A stretch of DNA of 64,000 nt. Source: Leptolyngbyaceae cyanobacterium (lineage in GTDB: Bacteria; Cyanobacteriota; Cyanobacteriia; Phormidesmidales; Phormidesmidaceae). The translations under genes were made by a program, and so were the position numbers. Shown one piece after another: positions 31,040 to 39,887 of the stretch; position 1 is the first letter of the stretch, and each line of letters begins with the position of its first letter. The notes below the pieces were generated by a model. That model had not been told where the DNA came from. It was given only the letters and a program-made list of their open reading frames with translations, and did no database searches. Where the stretch lies: the NCBI GenBank assembly GCA_050331235.1, contig JBHJHA010000011.1:32001-96000 (forward strand), in the 5' to 3' direction.

Positions 31040-32461
31040 CTAGTGGGGTGAATTAACGAGCTCTGGAGCTTTTGTTTTCCGGCGAGTAGTGGAATAGAGA
31101 ACCTGCGACGCAACGATAATTCCGATCGCGACGATGGTTCCGGCAAACAAACCGATAGCAATAAATTTCGTTTGGTCCCCAGGATCAGGCTTGGACGGTG
31201 CGATCGCCGGTTGGATCACCCGAGTATTGTAAGTCGCCTCGTTCTCTTGAACTTCGAGTTCTTGGATACGGGTCAATAGCGCACTGTAGGTATCTTCTGC
31301 AACAGTTACACGACGTTCCAAGGCGCGCTTTTGCGCACTCAATGACGGAATGTTTGACAAGCGCTGTTGATAATCTTGTTGATAGCTTCTGAGCACCTCT
31401 AGCTGCTGCTGCAGGCCAACATATTCCACTTCGGTATTGAGAAAATCACGAATAAGGACCTGGGCAATATCGTCCTCAGCACCACCAGCACCTTGAATCC
31501 TGCCGAGTGGAACATCAGGAACGCCGCCAGCCTGAGCAATTTGCTCCTGCAAAAAGCTCTGCAACGAATCTTCCTTAGCTTGGAGCTGCCTCATAACAGG
31601 GCTTTCAGGCTTGAATTGAGCCTCCTCCGCCGCAATTTGCCGCTCGATTTCCTGCAAGGCAATGAGCGCGTTTTGGACCCCAGGATTTTGTCTAACTGTC
31701 CCAACTAGAAAAGCCTCTTGGGGAGATAGGCCCAACTTGCCCTGGATGACATTGGCTTGTGCCAAAGTACCCTCTAAATTAGACTGCACGGCGGCGGCTT
31801 GGCCCTCAATGACTTCAATCTGTTGGACCAAGGAGGAGGCTTCATCCTCCAAAACTCCTATATTATTTTGCTCCAAAAAGTCTCTCAACTGGGTTTCTGC
31901 CTGCTGCACCGCTAGCTCTAATTGCGGTAGTTGTGCTTGCAAAAACTCCTTGGCTTCACTAGCCTCTGCTCTGTTTAGGGTAATAGAGTACTCGCGATAC
32001 TGATCGATGATGGTGTTGACCACAGCAGCCGCCGTTTCCGGATCATCGCTGACATATTCAATTTCAACCACGTCTGTTCCACTGACAATGCCCACATCCA
32101 AATTGGACGATAAAGCACCAGGTCTGATTGGATCACCATCTTCATCACGAAGGTCAAGGACCTCAACGGTTTCCGCAAGGATAGGTCTCGACTTAATGAT
32201 TTGTATCTGAGTAGTCAAGGGCGTTTGGTCGTTGAGCAATGACTCTAACCGTGCCCCTTGACCGTCACCTAAGTCAGTCAGCGCAGAAGCTGTATCGACC
32301 TTGGTAAAGAGTAACTTAGCATCAGCGGAGTACGTAGGTTCAACCCTAGTTGACGCAAAAGCTGCTAGGGCAATACATGTTGCAAATGCCCCCACTGCCA
32401 GCAGCCCAGATTCACGAATTGAGCGGCTAATTTGTCGCATTTCTAGACCTTTCAACTCCAT
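31040..32461 (-). CDS. Polysaccharide chain-length determinant/co-polymerase (GumC/Wzz-Wzc N-terminal type)
   Basis: TM-PTYSADAKLL, TQIQIIKSRP, long coiled coil and RVIQPAIAPSKP-TM. No C-terminal tyrosine kinase domain. Confidence 0.85.
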   Translation of the reverse strand: MELKGLEMRQISRSIRESGLLAVGAFATCIALAAFASTRVEPTYSADAKLLFTKVDTASALTDLGDGQGARLESLLNDQTPLTTQIQIIKSRPILAETVEVLDLRDEDGDPIRPGALSSNLDVGIVSGTDVVEIEYVSDDPETAAAVVNTIIDQYREYSITLNRAEASEAKEFLQAQLPQLELAVQQAETQLRDFLEQNNIGVLEDEASSLVQQIEVIEGQAAAVQSNLEGTLAQANVIQGKLGLSPQEAFLVGTVRQNPGVQNALIALQEIERQIAAEEAQFKPESPVMRQLQAKEDSLQSFLQEQIAQAGGVPDVPLGRIQGAGGAEDDIAQVLIRDFLNTEVEYVGLQQQLEVLRSYQQDYQQRLSNIPSLSAQKRALERRVTVAEDTYSALLTRIQELEVQENEATYNTRVIQPAIAPSKPDPGDQTKFIAIGLFAGTIVAIGIIVASQVLYSTTRRKTKAPELVNSPH

Positions 32462-33561
32462 ATCACCTGCTTAGCTCAATCAGTTTCTCTAGAGCCATTT
32501 AGTTTATCTTCCTGTAGTAGCGATTGGTGCCCAGCTTGGCTGCGGGTGTCGGATTGGTTTCACCCAAGACGAATGCGACTGCTGAGTCGACTTAAATTTC
32601 CCCAATTTAGCAATGACGTGACTCGGTCCATCCATAGAAAATTTTAGGACTTTAGAGGTTTTCGTAGAGAAAACGGTAAACGCATATTCGGATTTTCGTT
32701 TGCAAGCGAGATATGACAGACACCTCGAGTCATTCTTATCTGATCAAATTGTCAGGTGTAAGCTCTCTCGCGATCGCTCCCCTATATGCTGCCCTGAGTC
32801 GCGGTTTTCCATTCAACCCGATATCTATTAAAAATGATAGAAGCAATTTCTCCCTTACTAAGGGAATTATGGCTTTCATTGTTTGACATTTTATAATTAG
32901 ATGTTGAAGTTAAAGCTTCTGCAAAGTATCCACCAACGCTCTTCAGTAAAAATACGCGAAGCCTAGTAAACCAACTAAAAAACTTACCAGGCAAGGCTTT
33001 TGGTCCCAAAATCAATTCAAGCCAGCATCTTGCCTGTATCTTTTGAAACTCATCTTACGGAATACCCAACAGAAACTTTATATCAGGCGCTCTCCTCTCA
33101 GTAATAATGCCCAGTGCTTCGCTCAAAATGCCAGAAGCAAAGATGTTTTCTCGGGCTACGCATCGAGAAACGATTGAAACGGCTGTCAAGTTTGAGGAAC
33201 CAGTTTGAGGTTTAATGACGGTTGTCCTGAGCGATTAAGTTCCCGACTTGATTGGGATTCCGCCGCGGACAGAGGATCAGTAGATTGCCGTGAGTACTCT
33301 ACCTAGAGAGCAAAAATCCGGGTCCAAGGTGCCGCGAAAGACCTTGACATAGGCGATTCGACGATGGTGAAGATATCCAGCTCGGCGAAAGTTCACAAGT
33401 CGTTTCTTCTACGGAAAGTAACAGAAGAGAGACATTAGATCGAAAGCGCTAGTTAGGCGCACACCGACTCAAGAGGCAGAAAACTTCGGCAGCAAACTGG
33501 CTTGGACAGCCATCTGTAGGCAACATGCCCTTAAGATGACCTGGACATAGAAGGCTATTGG

Positions 33562-34953
33562 CTAGCATTCGATTACATTCACCGGCAGCACGCTCACGGC
33601 CAGTCCGCCCCGTGAGGTTTCCTTGTATTTTTCATGCATGTCTTTGCCGGTATCGCGCATTGTCTGGATAACTTTATCTAGATGAACACAGTGGGTGCCA
33701 TCTCCCTTGAGGGCCATTCGCGAGGCATTAATCGCTTTGATAGCGCCCATGGCATTGCGTTCGATACAGGGGATCTGTACCAACCCGGCAATGGGATCGC
33801 ACGTCAGCCCGAGATTGTGTTCCATCCCAATCTCAGCCGCATTTTCCACTTGGGCAGGGGTACCTCCTAGGACTTCTGTCAAGGCGGCGGCGGCCATTGA
33901 GCAAGCCACGCCAACTTCACCCTGACAGCCCACATCAGCTCCTGAAATCGAGGCATTTTTTTTATACAGTATCGCAATCGCCCCTGCCGTCAATAAAAAT
34001 CGCACAATCCCCCGATCAGTGGCACCGGGACAAAACTGTTGATAATAATGCGCGACTGCAGGAATGATGCCGGCAGCCCCGTTGGTCGGCGCAGTAACGA
34101 TGCGCCCGCCAGCGGCATTTTCCTCATTGACGGCCATAGCGTAGACATTTACCCAGTCCATAATGTGGAGCGGATCAACGAGACAGGAGGCCGACTGAGA
34201 TTTCAAGTGAGTATAGAGATTCGCAGCTCGTCGCTCGACTCTGAGCCCTCCCGGCAGGACTCCATAGGTACGACAGCCCCGGCCAACGCAGGCCTGCATG
34301 ACTGCCCAGATCCGCAACAGCCCTTTGCGAATGGTCTCCTCTGAGTGCCATGCCTGTTCGTTTTGCAGCATTAGGTCGCTGATTGAGAGCTCATTTTGCT
34401 GACAGTGCCTCAGCAACTGCGCCGCTGAATCGAATGGGTAAGGAACTGGTGATCGATGAAGCTGATCGCCATCGACGCTACTTGCGGCTTCATCAATGAT
34501 AAAGCCGCCGCCAATCGAGTAGTAAGCTCGGCTTTGCACGATCGCCCCCCAGCGGTCAAAAGTAGTAAACACCATCCCGTTGGGATGGGTGGGTAATGGC
34601 CGCCAGTGCCACTGAAAATCTGTCTTAGCCTGAAAGGGAATGGGCATTTGACGTAGGAGCCATAGAGCCCCCGTAGCATGAATGCGGTGCAAGTGACCCT
34701 CGACCAAATCGGGGTTGGCGCATTCTGGCAATTCGCCTTCGAGTCCCAGCAACACAGCGCGATCGCTACCATGGCCGCGACCAGTGGCCCCGAGAGAACC
34801 ATGCAAGTCAATCTGCATTCGCTTGACCTGATCGAGCAAACCAGCCGCGGCCAACCCTTGGACGAACTGTCTCGCTGCTTTCATCGGCCCCATCGTATGG
34901 GAGCTAGAGGGGCCAAGACCAATCTTGAAGATGTCGAAGACACTAATAGACAT
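33562..34953 (-). CDS. sdaA: L-serine dehydratase (single-chain, [4Fe-4S])
   Basis: [52 protein letters not shown] and [14 protein letters not shown] at 34953. Confidence 0.95.
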   Translation of the reverse strand: MSISVFDIFKIGLGPSSSHTMGPMKAARQFVQGLAAAGLLDQVKRMQIDLHGSLGATGRGHGSDRAVLLGLEGELPECANPDLVEGHLHRIHATGALWLLRQMPIPFQAKTDFQWHWRPLPTHPNGMVFTTFDRWGAIVQSRAYYSIGGGFIIDEAASSVDGDQLHRSPVPYPFDSAAQLLRHCQQNELSISDLMLQNEQAWHSEETIRKGLLRIWAVMQACVGRGCRTYGVLPGGLRVERRAANLYTHLKSQSASCLVDPLHIMDWVNVYAMAVNEENAAGGRIVTAPTNGAAGIIPAVAHYYQQFCPGATDRGIVRFLLTAGAIAILYKKNASISGADVGCQGEVGVACSMAAAALTEVLGGTPAQVENAAEIGMEHNLGLTCDPIAGLVQIPCIERNAMGAIKAINASRMALKGDGTHCVHLDKVIQTMRDTGKDMHEKYKETSRGGLAVSVLPVNVIEC

Positions 34954-35160
34954 TGATTGCTCGCCGGCTACTTTGTTTGTCCCAAGCTGATAGCAGGGAG
35001 CGTTAGGATATCTTTGATCTGCTAGTGAGTAGGTGAGCGGGATCAGCCTATCTATATCCAACAAAAACGAGCATTTACTTAAGCTCAGGCCCAGGTACAG
35101 GCACCATGGGGGCCTCTATTGGCAGATTTGTAGGTACAGTCGCGCTGCTCAGCCCCAGCT

Positions 35161-37584
35161 CTAAAGCAATTTTTCAACCACCGTAGCCGCTAGAGGCTGG
35201 CCAAAATATTCCACCGTCACTGCCGCTCCAGGATGGGCATACCCCAGGGGCAGATAGGCATAAACGATACATCGTCCGAGGCTGTAGCCATATCCGGCAC
35301 TGGTGACATATCCCAAGACTTTGCCATCTGCGATGACTGGTTCTTTGCCCATCACTACCGCTGTTGGATCATCTAAGGTGATAAAGCAGAGCTTGCGGCT
35401 GGCGTACTCTCGACGCTGTAGCAGCGCCTCTTTGCCCACAAAATCTCCTTTGTCCGGTTTTACGGCAAAGTCCAATCCGGCCTCATAGGGATCATATTCT
35501 GTGTGAATATCTGAGCCCCACAATAAAAAGCCCTTCTCTAATCGCAGGGTGTCAAAGGCTCCTAGCCCCGCTGCGACCAGACCCGACGCTTGCCCCGCCG
35601 CCCACAGAGTATCCCACAGCTTGAGTCCGCACTCCATTGGGGTGTACAGTTCCCATCCGGCTTCACCGACGTAGGATACCCGCACTGCCAAAACTGGAAG
35701 GTTGCCAATCTGTAAATAGCGGTTGCTAAAGAATTTGAAGTTGGCCCTGGAGACATCAGCGGCGGTCACAGACTGAAGGATTGCTGGAGCCTTGGGTCCC
35801 CAGAGTCCGACACAGCAATAGCTTGAGGAAACATCGGTAATGCGCACCGAGCCATCGGCCGGTAAGTGCGATCGCAGCCAAGCTAAATCATGTCCATAGA
35901 CAGAGCCCCCTGTCACCACCCAGTACTTTTCTGGACCTAAACGACTGACTGTGAGGTCGCACATGATGCCGCCATTGGAATCTAGCATCGCCGTATAGAC
36001 GACCTTACCCACCGGCTTATCCACGTCATTAGCACACAGCCCCTGCAAATAGGCCACAACGCCAGGTCCCGTCACCTCAAACTTAGCAAACGGCGTCAGA
36101 TCGTAGAGTGCGGCCCGCTGCCGAGTTGCTAGATGCTCAGCCCCTTGGATGGGCGACCAGTGCCGAGCTTCCCAGCCCTGTCGCGGTGGAATAGTGAACT
36201 CATCTAGCAGCGCAATGTTGGATTTGAACCATTGGGGACGCTCCCATCCAGCACTGAAGACAAACTGCGCCCCTAGCGCTTGCAGACGAGGATGAAACGG
36301 ACTCACCCGGAGTTCGCGAGAGTGAGCTTGCTGCTCTAAAGGGTGGATGATGTCATATACCTCGTCATACTGCTGCGCCCCCGCCCGCATAATAAAATCG
36401 GCACTTTTGCACACGGCAGGAAAGCGATTGATGTCCATTTCATGGATATCGAGGTTTGACACCCCGGTAGTCATCAGGTCGGCAACCACTTTGCCAACGC
36501 CACCCCCATGGGTGACCCAAACCGCTTCGGCCACCCAAAATCCTTTAGCCTGGCTAGACTCACCCACCACAGAACCGCCATCCGGCGTAAACGAAAACAT
36601 GCCGTTGATTTTATAAGTCAACTCAGCCTCGGCCAGCGCCGGAAATAACTCCTGGGTTGACTGCCAAGCTGGACCAAAATGCTCCTCGGTGAATGGCTTA
36701 ACCGATGGCATCACCGGGGCGTCTGCATAGGGCAAGATATAGTCCGGATCCACGAGCAGCGGTTCATGTTGATAGGAGCCAATCCCCCAACAGTCGCCAT
36801 GCTGACGGAAATACATCGCGTGATCTTGGTGACGCACGATCGGATAGCTCACTTCTTCGGTGGCATGGCTCAGTTCCGGGATTGGGGAGGTTTTGACATA
36901 CTGATGCTGCACGGGGGTGAGTGGTATGACTTCCCCAACCATGCGACCAACGCGAGGGCCCCAGATACCTGCACAAACCAGCACCTTGTCAGTCTCAATG
37001 CGGCCCTGATCCGTGACCACGGCTTTGACTTGGCCAGCGATCACCTCAATGTCGGTCACGGTCGTGTTGCCGTGAAAGGCGGCAGCCTCAGCATCAATGG
37101 CAAATTGTGCCAAGGCCTCGGCTGCCCGCAAAGCCTTAGCAATGCCATCCGTTGGCACAAAAAAGCCCCCCAAGATTTTCGCCTCGTCTAGCAGCGGCAG
37201 CTTAGCTTTTACCGCCGCTGGGGAGAGTAAGCTGGCACCTTCGACGCCCCAAGCTTTGGCCCAGCCAAGCTTACGCTGGAGTTCGGCCAGACGAGCCTCG
37301 GTATAGGCCACTTCGATGCCGCCAACGGGGTAAAACGCAGGCCCTTCCTCCGTTTTGAGCTGGCTGTAGAGCTCAACGGTGTACTGGGCTAACTTGGTCA
37401 TCGTTCTCGACGGGTTGGTTTGAAACACCAGTCCCGGAGCGTGGGAAGTAGAACCGCCGGTCGCGAAGAGAGGGCCTTGGTCGATAACCACTATATTTTG
37501 CCAACCGAGCTTGGCAAGATGGTAAGTCGTGCTACAGCCGACAATGCCAGCACCGATAACAACAAGCGTCGCATGGGATTGCAT
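35161..37584 (-). CDS. Dimethylglycine oxidase/dehydrogenase (FAD domain plus GcvT folate-binding domain)
   Basis: IGAGIVG, GGSTSHAPGLVFQ (flavinylation His), HQYVKT, SFTPDG, AEAVWVTH, GWERP and LRLEKG. ATG at 37584. Confidence 0.88.
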   Translation of the reverse strand: MQSHATLVVIGAGIVGCSTTYHLAKLGWQNIVVIDQGPLFATGGSTSHAPGLVFQTNPSRTMTKLAQYTVELYSQLKTEEGPAFYPVGGIEVAYTEARLAELQRKLGWAKAWGVEGASLLSPAAVKAKLPLLDEAKILGGFFVPTDGIAKALRAAEALAQFAIDAEAAAFHGNTTVTDIEVIAGQVKAVVTDQGRIETDKVLVCAGIWGPRVGRMVGEVIPLTPVQHQYVKTSPIPELSHATEEVSYPIVRHQDHAMYFRQHGDCWGIGSYQHEPLLVDPDYILPYADAPVMPSVKPFTEEHFGPAWQSTQELFPALAEAELTYKINGMFSFTPDGGSVVGESSQAKGFWVAEAVWVTHGGGVGKVVADLMTTGVSNLDIHEMDINRFPAVCKSADFIMRAGAQQYDEVYDIIHPLEQQAHSRELRVSPFHPRLQALGAQFVFSAGWERPQWFKSNIALLDEFTIPPRQGWEARHWSPIQGAEHLATRQRAALYDLTPFAKFEVTGPGVVAYLQGLCANDVDKPVGKVVYTAMLDSNGGIMCDLTVSRLGPEKYWVVTGGSVYGHDLAWLRSHLPADGSVRITDVSSSYCCVGLWGPKAPAILQSVTAADVSRANFKFFSNRYLQIGNLPVLAVRVSYVGEAGWELYTPMECGLKLWDTLWAAGQASGLVAAGLGAFDTLRLEKGFLLWGSDIHTEYDPYEAGLDFAVKPDKGDFVGKEALLQRREYASRKLCFITLDDPTAVVMGKEPVIADGKVLGYVTSAGYGYSLGRCIVYAYLPLGYAHPGAAVTVEYFGQPLAATVVEKLL

Positions 37585-37668
37585 AAAGGAGGCTCCGGAT
37601 TGATGAGGAATAGGCAGGAGGAGCAATGCTGGTTGACAAAGAGTTGCCTTCGCGCTTTTTGCTAAGGA

Positions 37669-38904
37669 CTAGCCGGAGGGAGAATCTCCGACGGCTTTAG
37701 CAACCATTTGCTGAAAGCGATAAACGGTCCGCTCCAACTCCGGCGAAAAACAACCGCCATCAAAATGTGGCGATTGGCGACCTACCTGCATCCGCTCAAT
37801 CATTTCGATGTCTTCGTCGTTGGTCGCTTGCCAGAGGTCAATAGGTAAATGGCGTAAGGCTTCGTTTTCGGGCGTCATCGCGTCATCGCCGACAAAATAA
37901 AAGACCATACGCTCTCGCGTCTGACTTGGCCCTAGCGGATTGGCAATAAAGACGAGAACGTAATCAGGATGTACGCCCAGCATCAAATTTGGGAAAACCG
38001 TGATGTACTCTGCCACCGTGTCTTTCTGGTGTGTGGCCAGATTGGGAAAGGTCGGCAGCGATCGCCCCGCGATGACACCACTCTTGTACAGTAGACTACC
38101 TTGCCCAACATGGATGTCACCGACATCAAAACCGAAATGGTCTTCCATGCGGGAGTAACTGTTTAACGCTGGATGCACCCAACTTAGGTGATAGCTTTCA
38201 GAAAAGTTCTCGACGGCTAACTTCCAGTTGCTGTTGCAGGTGAGCGTAACTTCACGCGGTTCTCGCCGCAGCTGACTCAAATCGTAGGTTGACCAGCGAT
38301 CGCACACGGGCTGCAAATATGTGGACAGCGGTGGCGCATCGCCAGACAAGTTAACAAACACAAGATCCAGCCACTGCTCACAGCGAATCGGCTGTAGCCC
38401 CCGGCTCTCTCGGTCAAATCCAGGAAATGCATCTTTGTAGTACCCACCAAAGTGGGGCGTACTTTTGAGCTGTCCATCCAGACGATAGGTCCAAGAGTGA
38501 TAAGGACAGCGAAGATTACCTTTGACATTGCAAGGGGTAGTGACTAACTGGAGCCCCCGGTGACTGCACACATTGTGAAAGGCTCGCAATTGTCCCTCGC
38601 GATCGCGTACCAGCGCGATCGGGATCCCCGCCACCTCAGCAGGATATACGTCGCCAGGTAAAGGGAGATCTGAGGCTAAACCAACGCAGACCCAGTAACG
38701 ACTAAATACGCTTTGCCGCTCCTGCTGCCAATAAGCCTCATCAACATACGCCTGAGCTGGCAACCCCGGAGCATGATAACCGCCGAGGCGGAGCGTGGGA
38801 GACAGCGAGGCCGCAGGCAGATCTAAAGATACATTGGCACATCTACCCCGCCCCTTAACCATAGCGAGATCAGGCGGCAAAGCCGCAATTTCTTCTGGAG
38901 GCAT
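37669..38904 (-). CDS. Rieske non-heme iron oxygenase alpha subunit (choline monooxygenase/glycine betaine demethylase group)
   Basis: Rieske CSH...CPYH, mononuclear Fe ENFSESYHLSWVHP and EDIEMIERMQ. Confidence 0.9.
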   Translation of the reverse strand: MPPEEIAALPPDLAMVKGRGRCANVSLDLPAASLSPTLRLGGYHAPGLPAQAYVDEAYWQQERQSVFSRYWVCVGLASDLPLPGDVYPAEVAGIPIALVRDREGQLRAFHNVCSHRGLQLVTTPCNVKGNLRCPYHSWTYRLDGQLKSTPHFGGYYKDAFPGFDRESRGLQPIRCEQWLDLVFVNLSGDAPPLSTYLQPVCDRWSTYDLSQLRREPREVTLTCNSNWKLAVENFSESYHLSWVHPALNSYSRMEDHFGFDVGDIHVGQGSLLYKSGVIAGRSLPTFPNLATHQKDTVAEYITVFPNLMLGVHPDYVLVFIANPLGPSQTRERMVFYFVGDDAMTPENEALRHLPIDLWQATNDEDIEMIERMQVGRQSPHFDGGCFSPELERTVYRFQQMVAKAVGDSPSG

Positions 38905-39033
38905 TTTAATCTCTCAGACTAAAAGAAATGTACAAACGCTTTTGAACTTGCAGCACAGACACAGGCATCCGCACGAAGCGAATGCCGAAGTAAACCAGAC
39001 TCTCAAAAGCTATCATTACAGGTGATAAACACA

Positions 39034-39398
39034 TGTAATAACAAGTGAATAAATGAACAGTATCTTTGGCAATTCCCATCTTTTGTCTTATAGGAAACAG
39101 TTTTTTATTTATTTCTTCAGGGAATCTTGACCTCTGACCGTCTACTAAGATAGTTACCGAAAGCTTAAACTCTCCCTACAAAAGGATTTGAAGCAGAAGC
39201 AATCTAGTCTTCTATTGAGCTGCTTCTAAATTTTAAGGTTCTGGATAGACAGGAGACAAATCTTCTCAGGTTCTGCATCAACTTTACGGCTGATTGGCTC
39301 GAAGAGTAAGAATCCACTGCTATGTTCAAGGGAATTATCTCTAAGAAGCAGGGCTACCCTTGGTAATATCAAGCGTCGTTTTGTGCTTGTAGTGACAA
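39034..39398. promoter_or_regulatory. Two candidate GntR/HutC-type operators in the divergent promoter region
   Basis: TGTAATAACA (39034-39043) and TTGTAGTGACAA (39387-39398) are TGT-N4-ACA dyads. Confidence 0.4.
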
Positions 39399-39887
39399 CT
39401 GTAATTTTGAAAACAGTTTTATTGACTAGCAGGCTCTACGTTGGCATTGATAGAGTTTGCTAAAACCTTGTGTTTTGATCGTTCACGACCGTCTAGGTTG
39501 AATGAGAGGAGGGCTTTTATCTGTCAAACTAAACCCCTAGAGCTTGTTGACAAATGGCATGCTAGACGTGGTGGGTTACACTCACGCTGGTTCCGTTAGA
39601 GCGATGGGTGCTCGTTAGGTCTGTCAGCGATGCTTTTCCGCAGCGGTACTGCTATGGCCCAGGCCGCCAGAACTTTGTAACGGGGTATTGTACTTACTTG
39701 ACAAGCCCTGAAGACTGTTGAAGGGTATTGATGTGCGACAGCGGAGGCAGAGGATGTCACAGCTTTATGTGTCGGATGTAACTTTCCACTGTGAGAGTAC
39801 ACAGGCCGAGCATATGCCATGTTTGAGCTCAGACTGTCGAGCCATCGCTGCCTATCGATATGTTGGAACCTAAATTAAATAACCATC

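Noticed and set aside
34954..35160. Possible glycine riboswitch upstream of sdaA
   Set aside because: The GGAGA...CCGAAG...CTCTCAGG core is not present on the minus strand.
39685..39697. NtcA site upstream of the BCCT gene
   Set aside because: The spacing is GTA-N7-TAC rather than N8.
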